A DNA stretch of 64,000 nt from Methanobacteriota archaeon (GCA_963720465.1 OY970393.1:2144001-2208000), one strand, 5' to 3'; shown: positions 11,045-22,149, counted from the first letter of the stretch. Numbers and translations are program-made. Notes: generated by a model not told the origin, from the letters alone.

Positions 11045-12733
11045 CTACTTGTGCGTGAAATAACAAATAATTTTAGTTTGGCCGTGCCGTTCGAGCACCT
11101 GATCAACTCTGGCAAAGCCGTAGCGTTCAAATTGTACTACTCGATCCAGCTCAGTAGCTATACCAGGTTCGCCAATCCCGATATCGATTCCGCTTGGCGT
11201 GAAGACCTCGACTTGAGGCCCGTTGGGCGGAGCCCAGTGAATTATTCTTGTGCCTTTAATGATTTCATCACCGGCGTATTCTGCCTCTAGCGGCTCTTTT
11301 TTTACAATTCTAACGTTGTAGAGATCTTTTAGTCGCACCAGATCGCTGCCGGATAAGAGGTCTTGTGCACTGACACATACGCCGCCTTCCACTGGGATCT
11401 CTCTAAAAGAGGCGGAAGATGATGGATGAAGTGGGGCGCGCGCTACCGTAGGCTTGGCGTTCATTATGCTCATTTTAATCGGGTCCGATACGAAGAAGTA
11501 TCTGTGAGCAACCGGATCCACAAGTTTCCTGTTCTCGGCATACAGGTTTTCCAAGCTAACGCTTACGTCAGATTCGTTAATGCCCAATTTCAGGATAAAC
11601 AGCCTGACGGCTTCTGGAGAGAAACCTCTCCGCCTCAAAGCCATTAACGTGGGGAGTCTAGGGTCATCCCAGCCGCTATAGAGCCCCTGAGCAATCTCAG
11701 TCCTCAGCTTACTTGTTGAGAATTTGCCGAATTCGTGGATGCTGATCCTACCCCAATGCAGGGTGAACGGATATGTCCAGCCCATATAATTGTAGAGGAA
11801 CTCCTGCCTCCTCTCGCTGTCGCGCAAGTCCTTTCCACGAATAATGTGTGTTACTCGGAGCTCGTGATCTTCGATCGCTGATTCGAAATCAAGCATGGGC
11901 CACACTCGAAATGCTAGTCCCCTAGGGTGTGTCGTGTCGACAATGCGAAAACCAATCCAGTCTCGCAATGCTGGGTTCTTATGCGTTACGTCGGTCTTAA
12001 TCCGCAAGACAGCCTCTTTTTCGCCTAGTCGCCCGTCCAGCATCTGTTCCCAAAGGCGCATATTCTTTTCTGCGGCGTTCTCGCGGTCAGGACACGCTAA
12101 TCCTGCGTCTTTGAGCTTTTTGAATTGCGGTTGGGTGCAGGTGCAGACATAAGCAACCCCCTGGGCAATGAGTTCTTCAGCGTAATGATAGTACGTTTCC
12201 ATTCGGTCGGAAGCGTTAACCACGACGTCTGGGGTTGTTCCAAGCCATTTGCAGTCCTTAAGGTACCAGTCGTAGGCCTCGAGCATTGGTGGCTTCGTTT
12301 GCGGGTCGGTATCGTCAAAACGCAGAATGAAAGAACCGCCGTACCTTTTGGCGTATTCAGAATTCACAACAATTCCGCGAGCACTGCCAAGCGTAGCCGG
12401 CCCGTTAGGATTAGGTGCGAATCGCACGACCACGCGTTCATGGTGAGGCAACTCCGGTAGGTACGTCTTTTTGTGCTGCGCCGTTACTGCTTTGCGTTGT
12501 AGCTCCGGGGCCATCTGCTGGAGTAGCTGCCTTTGCTCGTCAAGCGTCATTGCGTTGACGTCGGCGATGATACCCTCTGCCAAGCCTGATATCTGTCGTG
12601 CTTGTCGTTTAAGTTCCGGATGCTCGCCTATGAGCTTTGAGACAACGGCGTTAGGCTCTGCTTTACCTTTGTGTAGAATAGCGTTGTGAAGAGCCCGCTT
12701 CTTGATTGCAGTGCTTAAAACTTGAGGTTCCAC
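11045..12733 (-). CDS. gltX: Glutamate--tRNA ligase (archaeal)
   Basis: RFAPNPNG, RFDDTDP, IRGKD, QFERYGF. Confidence 0.97.
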   Translation of the reverse strand: MEPQVLSTAIKKRALHNAILHKGKAEPNAVVSKLIGEHPELKRQARQISGLAEGIIADVNAMTLDEQRQLLQQMAPELQRKAVTAQHKKTYLPELPHHERVVVRFAPNPNGPATLGSARGIVVNSEYAKRYGGSFILRFDDTDPQTKPPMLEAYDWYLKDCKWLGTTPDVVVNASDRMETYYHYAEELIAQGVAYVCTCTQPQFKKLKDAGLACPDRENAAEKNMRLWEQMLDGRLGEKEAVLRIKTDVTHKNPALRDWIGFRIVDTTHPRGLAFRVWPMLDFESAIEDHELRVTHIIRGKDLRDSERRQEFLYNYMGWTYPFTLHWGRISIHEFGKFSTSKLRTEIAQGLYSGWDDPRLPTLMALRRRGFSPEAVRLFILKLGINESDVSVSLENLYAENRKLVDPVAHRYFFVSDPIKMSIMNAKPTVARAPLHPSSSASFREIPVEGGVCVSAQDLLSGSDLVRLKDLYNVRIVKKEPLEAEYAGDEIIKGTRIIHWAPPNGPQVEVFTPSGIDIGIGEPGIATELDRVVQFERYGFARVDQVLERHGQTKIICYFTHK

Positions 12734-12757
12734 ATCACCGCCCCGAAGACCCTGCCT

Positions 12758-13726
12758 TCAATACGCTCTCGAAATCATGTAGTCGGCAAGTTTGAGCAGT
12801 TTGCGTTTTGCTTCTGAATCGGCTAGCTTGGCGAGTCGCAACTTGCCGGCTCGGAGAATCTCAGTTGCCGTTTCCATCGCGTAATCGATTGATCCCGCAT
12901 CCTGTAAATCTTTAATTGCCACTTCGATTGCTTTTTCGCTTGTGAGTTGTGACGGGTCAGGTCTGATGCCGTGCTTGAGTCCGTGGATCATGACTAGTGT
13001 CATCTTGCCCTCTAGTAAGTCACTAGCCCTATCTTTTCCAAGCACTTCACGCGCCGTAATCAAGTCGAGCACATCATCGCGGATCTGGAAGCATATGCCC
13101 ATAGCTATTCCAAACTCCCACAGGACGCTCACTTCGCTGTCGGTGCCGCCTCCAAGTATTCCCCCCATCGCCAAACCAGCTGCGTAGAGCACAGCTGTCT
13201 TTTTTTGGACCATTTCGAGATAGTCGGCCTCCGATATGTTTTTGTTATTTTCGAACTTAATATCCAGCCACTGCCCTTCGCAGATGTGTAGGCATGCCTT
13301 CGAGAGGAGCCTAAGACATTTTGTTGCATTTTCTGGTTCTGTTTTTGTGTAGGAAAGCACCTCGAAGGCTTTAGCATAAAGTGCATCGCCTGCTAAGACG
13401 GCTTCTGACATACCCCATTTTGTGTGGACGGTCTCTATGGAACGTCTTGTCGCGTCTTCGTCCATAATATCGTCGTGAATCAGCGTGAAATTGTGGATGA
13501 GCTCCACTGAAACGGCTGCTGGAAGTATTGTCTCAACAGCAATCTTAGGTTGCACTGCTTCGGCGCCCAACAGCAAAACCACTGGGCGCAGCCTCTTTCC
13601 GCCAGCTTTAATAAGATGTCGAGCGGCTCTGTACAACTCCTCAGGGAAAACTACAGGAACATACTCGTCAAGCGCATCATCGATAATTGTCTTTCTTTTG
13701 AGCAAGTCGTCGTCCAAATTGCTCAC
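12758..13726 (-). CDS. idsA: Geranylgeranyl diphosphate synthase (polyprenyl synthetase)
   Basis: GGKRLRP, HDDIMD and QIRDDVLD Asp-rich motifs; GTG 13726 follows an AGGAGG RBS. Confidence 0.93.
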   Translation of the reverse strand: MSNLDDDLLKRKTIIDDALDEYVPVVFPEELYRAARHLIKAGGKRLRPVVLLLGAEAVQPKIAVETILPAAVSVELIHNFTLIHDDIMDEDATRRSIETVHTKWGMSEAVLAGDALYAKAFEVLSYTKTEPENATKCLRLLSKACLHICEGQWLDIKFENNKNISEADYLEMVQKKTAVLYAAGLAMGGILGGGTDSEVSVLWEFGIAMGICFQIRDDVLDLITAREVLGKDRASDLLEGKMTLVMIHGLKHGIRPDPSQLTSEKAIEVAIKDLQDAGSIDYAMETATEILRAGKLRLAKLADSEAKRKLLKLADYMISRAY

Positions 13727-13790
13727 TCTTGGCCCCTCCTTGAGATGCTTTTGCGTGCAATGCACCTCGGGCGGAGGTTTTTCCCCGCCT

Positions 13791-15131
13791 TCAAGGTCTC
13801 ACCGCAATATTCTGGCCATTTCTTAGAAGGTGAATATTGTCCCTTAGGCTGTAACCTGCTTCTTCTGCAAGTTCTACGTAGGAGCTTGTCATGGTTAGAT
13901 CCCCGTGCGTGGGAAAAATATGGTCTGGCTTGAGCATCTTGATCAGCTCCCAGTGGTCTTCGCGGGCTGCGTGGCCCGACACGTGAACATCAGTATAAAG
14001 CCGTGCCCCTTGCATTTTGAGCTTGGTTTCTACTGAATATCGATTAGCCGCGTTTATTGGGGTTGGTATCACCTCGGCAGAAAACACTATTTTGTCTCCG
14101 GGCGCGACTTTATAAGGGGTCAGCTCGTTTGCTACCCGCGTGAGCATCGCTTCCGGTTCTCCTTGATGCCCCGTCATAATAGGAAGATATTTTTCTTTCC
14201 CTTCCTGCGCCACTCTCCTCAGTACCTTTTCTACAGATCGTCTATTCCCGTAGACTCCAATGTCATTCGGAAGCTCGACATATCCCATCCTTTCTGCGGT
14301 TCCTAGGTATCGTTCCATAGAGCGACCGAGGACCAGCGGGCGCCGGTCCATCTCGCGAGCTGCTTCGAAGATCGTCTTTACGCGGGCTATATGTGACGAA
14401 AACGTGGTTACGAGCACCCCATTGCCTTCTTCTTCAGTGCCGAGCAGAACGTCACGCACCAAGTCTTTCGCTATCTGTTCTGATGGGGTCTTTCCCGCCT
14501 CCTTTACGCGAGTACTTTCGACGATCAACGCGAGCACTCCGTCTTTTCCCAAACTCTTTAGGCGATTGAAGTCGGGGGGTTTGCCAATAACAGGCGTCCG
14601 ATCAAGCTTGAAATCGTTCGCATAGACCAGGGCACCGGCCGGCGTATGCAGCACGGCGAATATTGGGTCGGGGATACTGTGCGTTGCTCGTACAAATTCA
14701 ACTGCTATATCGGGAGTTATTTGATAAACCTGTCCTGCTTCGAGCGTGTACAGGGGGTTCTCGACGCCGAACTTCTTCTCAACGCGGATCTGTTGTGCGA
14801 TCAGCTCCGCCGTAAACGGCGTGGATATTATCGGGGCTTCGTACCTATGCGCAAGCTTGGGGACGGCGCCTATATGATCGAGATGTCCGTGCGTGCAGAC
14901 TATCGCCTTCACTGATTTTTTTGCTTTACTCAGCATCGCGTCATTTGGTATCGCGCCCATCTTGATAAGGTCGATAGAATGCATCTTCTCGATTTCTGCA
15001 TCCTCGTGAATTGCAATTCGATCGAGTCTAAGGCCCATGTCTATAATCACTATGTCTTCGTTCACTCGGATCGCAGTCATGTTGCGTCCGACTTCTTCGT
15101 AGCCGCCAATTGCGTTAACTTCTATCTCCAA
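13791..15131 (-). CDS. rnj: Ribonuclease J (beta-CASP)
   Basis: GGYEEVGRNMT, THGHLDHIG, HVSGHA. Confidence 0.95.
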   Translation of the reverse strand: MEIEVNAIGGYEEVGRNMTAIRVNEDIVIIDMGLRLDRIAIHEDAEIEKMHSIDLIKMGAIPNDAMLSKAKKSVKAIVCTHGHLDHIGAVPKLAHRYEAPIISTPFTAELIAQQIRVEKKFGVENPLYTLEAGQVYQITPDIAVEFVRATHSIPDPIFAVLHTPAGALVYANDFKLDRTPVIGKPPDFNRLKSLGKDGVLALIVESTRVKEAGKTPSEQIAKDLVRDVLLGTEEEGNGVLVTTFSSHIARVKTIFEAAREMDRRPLVLGRSMERYLGTAERMGYVELPNDIGVYGNRRSVEKVLRRVAQEGKEKYLPIMTGHQGEPEAMLTRVANELTPYKVAPGDKIVFSAEVIPTPINAANRYSVETKLKMQGARLYTDVHVSGHAAREDHWELIKMLKPDHIFPTHGDLTMTSSYVELAEEAGYSLRDNIHLLRNGQNIAVRP

Positions 15132-15135
15132 AGTG

Positions 15136-16200
15136 CTACCTCCTCACCTGAAGCTCGGCCAGATTGAATCCCCGTTGTTGCAGTATCTGCCTAGTTTCGC
15201 CAGTAATGACCAGCGGGCGTTGCTTTAGATCAGTGAGTTTCTTACATCCAGTTAGGAACATTGCGACTTTTAATTCTTCAACGAACGCCGTTATCTCGCT
15301 TAGCACATATTTGGTACCTTTGAATGCGGGTTTTAGCAGTGGCAAGCCTATGCCGCACAACGACGCTCCGAGTGCAATACACTTGGCGACGTGAAGGCCG
15401 TTCCTGATCCCGCCAGTTCCGATCACGGGTAAGGTGCGGGATTCTAAAATGGAGATTGCGGTCGGTATGCCCCAGTCGTCATAGAGCGCCCCCAACCTCC
15501 CTAGTCGGGGGTCCGTCTGAGCGCGGTACGATTCGACTCTTGCCCAGCTCGTGCCCCCAGCGCCGCCTACATCAATTGCAGAAGCGCCTGCCTTTTTTAA
15601 CTCAGCTGCGACTTCTCTCGAAATCCCGGCGCCCGTCTCTTTGGCGATCACTGGCACCCGAAGAGAATCGGCAAGTGATTTCATCGCGTCGAGGCATCCT
15701 TCAGCGTCTGTATCCCCCTCTGGTTGCACTGCCTCTTGCAGGAAATTCAGATGAATTGCCAATGCATCTGCTTCAACCATATCGATTAAGCGGTCAATGA
15801 TCTCCATATCATATTCCTTGACTTGTGTGGCCCCAATGTTGGCCACTACAAAAGCGCTGGGGGCTCGCTCTCGAACTATGCTGAACGACTCGACTTGGTC
15901 AGGATGTTCAATTGCTGCGCGCTGACTTCCCACGCCAATGCCGATGCCGAGTCGCTCTGCGGCCTCTGACAACGCAGCGTTGATAGCAGTTGTCTCTTCG
16001 TGCCCGCCTGTCATTCCCGCTATAAAGACGGGAGCGGTGAACTGCCTTTTTAAGAACGTGGCAGTCGCATCGATCCTTGACTTTGTCAATTCAGGAACTG
16101 CGTTGTGGACGAATCTGATATCATCGAGGCCCGTTCTTCCTGATTCGACATCTTCAGCAGCACAGAGCATTAGATGCTCGATTTTTCGGTTCGTTATCAT
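15136..16200 (-). CDS. fni: Type 2 isopentenyl-diphosphate isomerase
   Basis: RKIEH, GMTGG, GSQR, HLN..QE, KETG, GGTSW. Confidence 0.96.
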   Translation of the reverse strand: MITNRKIEHLMLCAAEDVESGRTGLDDIRFVHNAVPELTKSRIDATATFLKRQFTAPVFIAGMTGGHEETTAINAALSEAAERLGIGIGVGSQRAAIEHPDQVESFSIVRERAPSAFVVANIGATQVKEYDMEIIDRLIDMVEADALAIHLNFLQEAVQPEGDTDAEGCLDAMKSLADSLRVPVIAKETGAGISREVAAELKKAGASAIDVGGAGGTSWARVESYRAQTDPRLGRLGALYDDWGIPTAISILESRTLPVIGTGGIRNGLHVAKCIALGASLCGIGLPLLKPAFKGTKYVLSEITAFVEELKVAMFLTGCKKLTDLKQRPLVITGETRQILQQRGFNLAELQVRR

Positions 16201-16961
16201 TCTTTTTCCATGGAGATCGTCGTACCCCCATCTTGGTGCGACGTTAAAAACCTGGTGATATTGCCGTCGTAAGCTGCGTTAAATATCTCAGACTGAATAC
16301 CTGACTTAGCAATCTCCAGCAGCTGCACAACTTTGTGTAACATCCCCCCAGTTACGTCCGTAGACCTAGAACCAAGAATTCCGTCTCGGTATTTTTCAAG
16401 CTCACTAGGGTTAAGATGGTTCAGTTTTCTGTTTCGATACATGATTCCATCGACGTCTGTGCCGACGCCTATTTTTTTGGGGCGCATCTTTAGTGCCAGA
16501 AACGCTACTATTTGATCACCTGACAGGACGTTGAAGCCGTCTATGCGATCCATTACGACATCGCCGTGAAGTACCGGAATGATATTGTTGTTAAGCATCA
16601 ACTCTAACGCGTTCGTATCAAAATGTGCGATCCTACCTGCGTCGAGCGTAGCGCTATTAAGCGGGTGGATCGGCAATGCGGCAGCGCCTTGAGACTGGAG
16701 TTCGTCTATGAATGCGGTGTTTAGCGAGCGCACGGCGCAATGGGTCTTCCACATTCCGCTTGCGCTAAGACCTTTGGATAAGTACTTGACAACTTGCGGG
16801 TGTCCAAAGGAGCCCGCCCCGTGGATAAGAATAAGACGTGAACTCTTTGCGTTGGCGATTTGTCGAGCGACCATACGCACGTTATCTTCTCGCAGGGTGC
16901 TCTCTCGCCCTTTGTCTGTCAATACAGAGCCGCCGATTTTAAGCACTATCATGTTGGTCAC
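16197..16961 (-). CDS. ipk: Isopentenyl phosphate kinase
   Basis: KIGGSVLTDK, HGAGSFGH, DVTGGM; located in the mevalonate cluster. Confidence 0.92.
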   Translation of the reverse strand: MTNMIVLKIGGSVLTDKGRESTLREDNVRMVARQIANAKSSRLILIHGAGSFGHPQVVKYLSKGLSASGMWKTHCAVRSLNTAFIDELQSQGAAALPIHPLNSATLDAGRIAHFDTNALELMLNNNIIPVLHGDVVMDRIDGFNVLSGDQIVAFLALKMRPKKIGVGTDVDGIMYRNRKLNHLNPSELEKYRDGILGSRSTDVTGGMLHKVVQLLEIAKSGIQSEIFNAAYDGNITRFLTSHQDGGTTISMEKE

Positions 16962-16966
16962 GCTGG

Positions 16967-17890
16967 TTATGCCTCTACATGCAGGCCTAAACTAGAAATC
17001 GCAGTGGTCAGCACTAGAGCACCCTGTTTCGCGATGGCTTGTGTAACGTGGTCGACGTTTCCGTCTGTTGCAATCGCCAACACGCATCCTCCACGGCCAG
17101 CGCCGGTGATTTTAGCACCGAGCGCCCCTGCTGTTCTCGCTGCGTAGATTAATTTGCTCAGTACAACGTCGCTTACCCCGAGCGACTCGAGGAGTCCTTG
17201 GTTGATATTCATAAGCTCGCCTACGCTGACGAGGTCTCCATCTGCAAGCTTCTGTTCTCCCAAGCGCGTGATATCTCCCATTGAAGACATCACGTCACTC
17301 AGCACAGAAGGGTACTTCTTTTTCAGATCCGATACAAAGGCGATGACGTCGCGTGTTGACCTCTCAACGCCGGTTGCGCCGATTATGATTGGCAGGTCGG
17401 GCAGTGCGAGATGAGATGTTTTGGCTCTCTCCACTAAGACCACACCGCCGGTTGCAGAAACAAAGGTATCTGCGGGGCTCGCTTTGCCCTGAACTTCGTT
17501 TTCGACCTTATGGCCTATATTCGCTACTGTTTCATTATCGAGTTCAATGTCGAGGCTCTCAGTCAGAGCTTTTATAGTTGACACTGTAACTGCTGCGGAG
17601 GAGCCTAACCCCTGTCGCGCCGGCACTTCTGACCGTACCTTTATCTCAGCACCAAAGTCCGTTTCAAACAGTTGTTTGATTATTTTGGCGGCACAACAGG
17701 CGTACTTAAACTCTTCGCTGGAGCAGTTCGCGCGCTTATCCATGGCATCTATCGTGATTTTCCCCGAAGATACGAGTTCTACTGAAACGCACACACGCAA
17801 GTTTATCGCACACGCTATCGCCGGCTCTCCGTACACAACAGCGTGTTCTCCAAACAGATAGATCTTGCCGGGGGCCGAACAGGTTATCAT
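16967..17890 (-). CDS. mvk: Mevalonate kinase
   Basis: APGKIYLFGEHAVVYG, GLGSSAA, GAKITGAGRGG. Confidence 0.95.
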   Translation of the reverse strand: MITCSAPGKIYLFGEHAVVYGEPAIACAINLRVCVSVELVSSGKITIDAMDKRANCSSEEFKYACCAAKIIKQLFETDFGAEIKVRSEVPARQGLGSSAAVTVSTIKALTESLDIELDNETVANIGHKVENEVQGKASPADTFVSATGGVVLVERAKTSHLALPDLPIIIGATGVERSTRDVIAFVSDLKKKYPSVLSDVMSSMGDITRLGEQKLADGDLVSVGELMNINQGLLESLGVSDVVLSKLIYAARTAGALGAKITGAGRGGCVLAIATDGNVDHVTQAIAKQGALVLTTAISSLGLHVEA

Positions 17891-17936
17891 CTTGTAGATT
17901 CTCGTTGCAAACTCCTTTTCAAGCTCATTTTCGGCA

Positions 17937-18695
17937 TCAGGCCATAATTATCCCTGCGTAACCGACCACCGCAGTGGAATCGCCACAGGTGTCTGCACTC
18001 GTAGAATAATCAATAAGCTCTCCTCGTTTGGCGCCTTTATGTTTCGCGAACTCAATGGCAATCGCTATTGGCGCAAAGCCGCACACAGAAGTCGAGCGAG
18101 CTCGCGTAAGAAATTCTCGCGACTCTAGTTTTAGAATGGGCTCTATTACCCACTGGTCAGTTGTTCTCGCGACGTGCTCTGGCACGTAATGCGTAAAATC
18201 GCTGGAGGCAATAAGCACGCTGTTTTTATCGGCAACTCTTTGGATTGTGGCGACAACACGCTGTATCGATTCAGGCCCTTGAAGTCCCATGGTGATAGGG
18301 ACGATTTCAAAGTCGTCGAATAGGAACTGCAGGAAGGGCAACTGAAGTTCTATAGAATTGTCCTCTTTGTTGGCGCCATTATTTACGTCGATATCGAGTG
18401 CGTCCACAATATCCGTGTTCACGTTCACTTCCCCGAGGGGGGTCAGCCACGGTTCGTTCGAGACCGAAATAACGGGATAATGGTGATTTGGCCCAATGAT
18501 TATGTAGGTGGCCACCTTGGGAAGTATCGAGAAGACCTTTCCTGCGGTGACACCTGAACAAGCGTAGCCCGCATGAGGAACCACCACACTCATGAGCAGA
18601 CGCGGCTCTGGCCTCCCAATGAAGCTGCGCAGAAGCTCTTCCAGCGCCCGCGGGTCACTCGGGTACCACGACCCTGCCTTCGCAGGTTTCCTCAT
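17937..18695 (-). CDS. MEMO1 family protein (AmmeMemoRadiSam B-like)
   Basis: AGSWYP, PHAGY, GPNH, ASSDFTHY, CG. Confidence 0.92.
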   Translation of the reverse strand: MRKPAKAGSWYPSDPRALEELLRSFIGRPEPRLLMSVVVPHAGYACSGVTAGKVFSILPKVATYIIIGPNHHYPVISVSNEPWLTPLGEVNVNTDIVDALDIDVNNGANKEDNSIELQLPFLQFLFDDFEIVPITMGLQGPESIQRVVATIQRVADKNSVLIASSDFTHYVPEHVARTTDQWVIEPILKLESREFLTRARSTSVCGFAPIAIAIEFAKHKGAKRGELIDYSTSADTCGDSTAVVGYAGIIMA

Positions 18696-18705
18696 AGCTA
18701 CTCTC

Positions 18706-19302
18706 TTAGATCTCTATTTCGAAATCTTTAACTCCGTAGCCCGTCTGTTGGCCGCGAAGCTTGGTGATCTCCTTTGCGAGGAGCCAATAGATGAGCGCTA
18801 ACGCTTTCCGCCCTTTGTTGTTGGTCGGGATAACGATGTCAATGTGTGTCGTCATATTATTTGTATCGCACATGGCAATTACTGGAACGCCGACATCTAC
18901 AGCTTCCTTAACGGCCTGTGAATCTCCAATAGGGTCCGTGACGACAACGACATCTGGTTCAACGAAGTCGCGGTACTCCGGATTTGTCAATGTGCCAGGT
19001 ATAAAGCGACCCACAACTGATTTCGCTCCTGTTACTTTAGCAAACATTGTTGCGGGAAATTGACCGTATTGCCGTGCGGAAACCACAAGCACGCGGGCCG
19101 GGTCGAATTTACTGAGAAATTTGGCTGCAATTCTTATACGCTCGTCTGTCGCCTTGACGTCCAGCACGTAAAGACCGTCTGGTCGGACGCGATAGACAAA
19201 GCGCTTCATATCTTCCGTTTTTTGCTGTGTGCCTATGTGCACACCTGCAGCTAGGTATTCATCAACAGGGATGAGTGATTCGTATTCTGTGGTCTCTTCC
19301 AT
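18706..19302 (-). CDS. rps2: 30S ribosomal protein uS2
   Basis: [30 protein letters not shown]; ATG 19302 follows a GGAGGTG RBS. Confidence 0.98.
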   Translation of the reverse strand: MEETTEYESLIPVDEYLAAGVHIGTQQKTEDMKRFVYRVRPDGLYVLDVKATDERIRIAAKFLSKFDPARVLVVSARQYGQFPATMFAKVTGAKSVVGRFIPGTLTNPEYRDFVEPDVVVVTDPIGDSQAVKEAVDVGVPVIAMCDTNNMTTHIDIVIPTNNKGRKALALIYWLLAKEITKLRGQQTGYGVKDFEIEI

Positions 19303-19315
19303 TGATCCACCTCCT

Positions 19316-20404
19316 CTAAATCGGTTTTTTCGCCATCCTGTAGCTCGATCCGTCAAATAGTTCTTGTTCTATTCGTACAAGTTCATTGATTTTTGCAGTG
19401 CTCTGTCTACCCTTGATGCTTAGTTTGACAAAGGGAGCGGACAAAGCAACAGCCAGCTGCGACGGTGATGCGTCGCAGGTCGCAGAATTGTCGGTAAGCA
19501 GAGCGCAGCTGCGGCCATTGGCTCTCTCCCTAGAGTACGTTTCGAAAACGCTCGAAACCGTACCTGAAGGCGCAATTAATGCAAGATTTGTCTCCCTACC
19601 ATTCTTCGGGGACCGTGCATCCGCAATTCTCGTGTCGAGATCTGCCTCTGACGCTATCAGACACGTCGCTCCCAACTCATCGGTTAGCTGTCGCTGAAAC
19701 TCAGACTCTGTTCGGTCGAAGGGATCTTCGATGTAATACAGATCGTACTGACGGGCGAGATCTAGTAGATACCGCAGTCGGCTGGTTCCCGTCGTGGAGG
19801 CATTGTCCGCAAAACTAAGCTTGCCGTGTGCGTGCTTGGAAGCTTTGAAATCCACTCCTAGCTTGATCTCGAAGCCAAACCTGCTACTTACACCGCCCGC
19901 GATTGCAGTCAACCGATTCAAAATGTCGGCGTGAGTAGAGTCTCCAGGGATATCCAGATTATTGAGCTCTCGATGGATGCTGGCTAGCGAAGCAATTGCG
20001 CTGGCAAATGAGCCCGCTCCTTTTGGAATACCAAAATAATCAGCGCCAGCGCTAAAGATTTTTAGCAGAGGGTAGGGCATAGCATTCGCAAAGAAGCCTC
20101 CGAGGTAGCGATACAACGGCATTCCCAGAGAGGCCGCTGCCGCGCTTGCAATCGCAACTGAGAAAGCCATACTCATATTGGGCAATGAAAAGATACCCTC
20201 TAGCACTTCGTCGATTTCTGCCTGCTGACTGGCTTCCCTGCCGATGAGTGTAGACACTTGTTCCCGCGCCTTTCTTATTGGCTCGCTTGGGGCCGGAAAA
20301 GAGCACCGGCCATAGCTGTTTGTGGTCACTATCTCTACTTCGACCGCGTCGGTCGCGTTTATGTCGAATGCCTTGCTTACAGACACCGCCTCGATCGAGT
20401 TCAT
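19316..20404 (-). CDS. Enolase-like protein with degenerate active site
   Basis: [35 protein letters not shown]; sits in the eno position but lacks most catalytic motifs. Confidence 0.8.
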   Translation of the reverse strand: MNSIEAVSVSKAFDINATDAVEVEIVTTNSYGRCSFPAPSEPIRKAREQVSTLIGREASQQAEIDEVLEGIFSLPNMSMAFSVAIASAAAASLGMPLYRYLGGFFANAMPYPLLKIFSAGADYFGIPKGAGSFASAIASLASIHRELNNLDIPGDSTHADILNRLTAIAGGVSSRFGFEIKLGVDFKASKHAHGKLSFADNASTTGTSRLRYLLDLARQYDLYYIEDPFDRTESEFQRQLTDELGATCLIASEADLDTRIADARSPKNGRETNLALIAPSGTVSSVFETYSRERANGRSCALLTDNSATCDASPSQLAVALSAPFVKLSIKGRQSTAKINELVRIEQELFDGSSYRMAKKPI

Positions 20405-20592
20405 CGTGGCGTTCCTCGACGTTTTATTGTTATCGGAATGACCCCTTTCTTGAGTTCTTCTAATGCCATGTCTATAGGGTCTGCGGTGTTCGATTCTATC
20501 AATGTGGGTGCGCCCATAGAAATCTGCAAAGCTCGCGCCCCGACGATTCTGGCCCTTTCATAACGAGTAAGTTTTTCAATAACTTCTTTCAA
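20401..20592 (-). CDS. rpoK: RNA polymerase subunit Rpo6 (K)
   Basis: [21 protein letters not shown]. Confidence 0.97.
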   Translation of the reverse strand: MKEVIEKLTRYERARIVGARALQISMGAPTLIESNTADPIDMALEELKKGVIPITIKRRGTPR

Positions 20593-20621
20593 TGACTCCC
20601 CTCCATTTTAAAGGGCCTGCA

Positions 20622-20695
20622 TGGGGTTGCTGAGATTCGAACTCAGGTTACGGCGTCCCGAACGCCGTAGGATATCCAGGCTACCCCACAACCCC
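20622..20695 (-). tRNA. tRNA-Pro(CGG)
   Basis: Cloverleaf GGGGTTG...CAACCCCA; anticodon arm CGGCG-TTCGGGA-CGCCG; TTCGAAT T-loop. Confidence 0.95.
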
Positions 20696-20698
20696 TTG

Positions 20699-20887
20699 TC
20701 ATTGATACGGAGCAAAAATATCAACAAGCTCTTTGTGAGTCAAAAGCATTCTGCGACAGCAGTATCGCTTTACGCCAAGATCATCCAACACCATCTTCGG
20801 GTCTTCTCCAGCACTTATACGCTCCTTGTACTGATCCCAGTGTTTCGATATCACTGCACCACACGTAAAGCATCTTACGGGTATCAT
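20699..20887 (-). CDS. rpoN: RNA polymerase subunit Rpo10 (N)
   Basis: [19 protein letters not shown]. Confidence 0.98.
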   Translation of the reverse strand: MIPVRCFTCGAVISKHWDQYKERISAGEDPKMVLDDLGVKRYCCRRMLLTHKELVDIFAPYQ

Positions 20888-20899
20888 CTCTTAGCCTTA

Positions 20900-21304
20900 T
20901 TATCTGTAGGATTTTTGTCGCCGCGCTCGCGCGCCTCGGCCGCCAAATTTCTTTGGCTCTTTCTGCCGGTAGTCACTCACAAGGAGTGTTCGGTCTTGTT
21001 TCAGAAATAGATCTTTGATACTCAGATCGTTCGTCCAGTCAATTAACCCCCGCGCTATGGCTGTTCGGGCCGCATCGGCCTGTCCGACGACTCCCCCACC
21101 TCGAACGGTTACTCTGATATCAAGTCCTTTTACCAAATCGCCGGCAATGTTCAACGGTTCTTGGATCTTCTCTCGCACAACGGCGGGCTCAACTACGTTG
21201 AGAAGCTTTTTGTTGATCCTCACTACGCCTTGTCCTTCTTTGAAAGAAGCCCGTGCGATTGAGGTTTTGCGTTTGCCGCTTGAGTTGATTGTTTTTTGGC
21301 CCAT
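20900..21304 (-). CDS. rps9: 30S ribosomal protein uS9
   Basis: [35 protein letters not shown]. Confidence 0.98.
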   Translation of the reverse strand: MGQKTINSSGKRKTSIARASFKEGQGVVRINKKLLNVVEPAVVREKIQEPLNIAGDLVKGLDIRVTVRGGGVVGQADAARTAIARGLIDWTNDLSIKDLFLKQDRTLLVSDYRQKEPKKFGGRGARARRQKSYR

Positions 21305-21314
21305 GTGTCTGGTC

Positions 21315-21734
21315 CTATCTCTTAGCCCCAAGTTGTTGGGAGATCTTTCCTACCTCAACAACCTTAATGGTGCTCAATCTTGTTTTTCGCGCGCGTTCAA
21401 GCGTTTCAGCACTGACACTGGAAAGCTCGGCTGGCGTTCCAACGTAAACTCGAAGCCGTCCGAATGCTGCCCTGCCGACCGATTTCTTGTACGGCAACAT
21501 CCCCCGAACCGTACGTCGTAGAATCATGTCTGAACGCTTAGGAAAATATGGTCCTTTTTCTTTGGAACCTTTATTTCGCAGGGTTTGATACTTTGATAGC
21601 GTGGTTTCTGGTGACCCTGAAACTACCGCTCTTTCTGCGTTAATAACGTCGATCTCTTCGCCGGATAACAGTCTTTGAGCTACGATGCTGGCAAGACGCC
21701 CGAGTATTAATCCATTAGCGTCAATTACTGTCAC
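21315..21734 (-). CDS. rpl13: 50S ribosomal protein uL13
   Basis: [21 protein letters not shown]. Confidence 0.98.
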   Translation of the reverse strand: MTVIDANGLILGRLASIVAQRLLSGEEIDVINAERAVVSGSPETTLSKYQTLRNKGSKEKGPYFPKRSDMILRRTVRGMLPYKKSVGRAAFGRLRVYVGTPAELSSVSAETLERARKTRLSTIKVVEVGKISQQLGAKR

Positions 21735-21755
21735 AATCTGTCTCTCTCCTGTGCT

Positions 21756-22124
21756 TCAACGTATGATCTTCACGTGACTGCCCTTTGGTGATTCGTGGGC
21801 GATTTCATCGAGCGACAAGACGGTCCCTCCGGCTGTAAGAATTTTTGACCGGGCGCTATCACTAAAATTCGGGGCACCTATAGTTATCGGATGGTCGATT
21901 GATCCCGCGCCAAGCACTTTACCGGCGACTATAACTACGTCACCCGAGGTCGTGTGTCGGTTGAGCCGGCTCAAATTGACTTTTGCGTAGCTATTTGATG
22001 GCGCCTCCAACCTTCTAGCAAGCTCTCTCCAAATATTTGCTTGATGCTGTCGTGCGTGCGCTTTGAAAGCGTCTATCTGTAACATCAACTGAGGATTGGC
22101 CTTCCGTATTCCGTGCTTTGCCAT
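21756..22124 (-). CDS. rpl18e: 50S ribosomal protein eL18
   Basis: VNLSRLNR, GKVLGAG, FSDSARSKI. Confidence 0.96.
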   Translation of the reverse strand: MAKHGIRKANPQLMLQIDAFKAHARQHQANIWRELARRLEAPSNSYAKVNLSRLNRHTTSGDVVIVAGKVLGAGSIDHPITIGAPNFSDSARSKILTAGGTVLSLDEIAHESPKGSHVKIIR

Positions 22125-22149
22125 GTTATCTCCTATCACGCATTTCGAA

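Noticed and set aside
20621-21010. 129-aa plus-strand ORF
   Set aside because: Antisense shadow over tRNA-Pro, rpoN and rps9.
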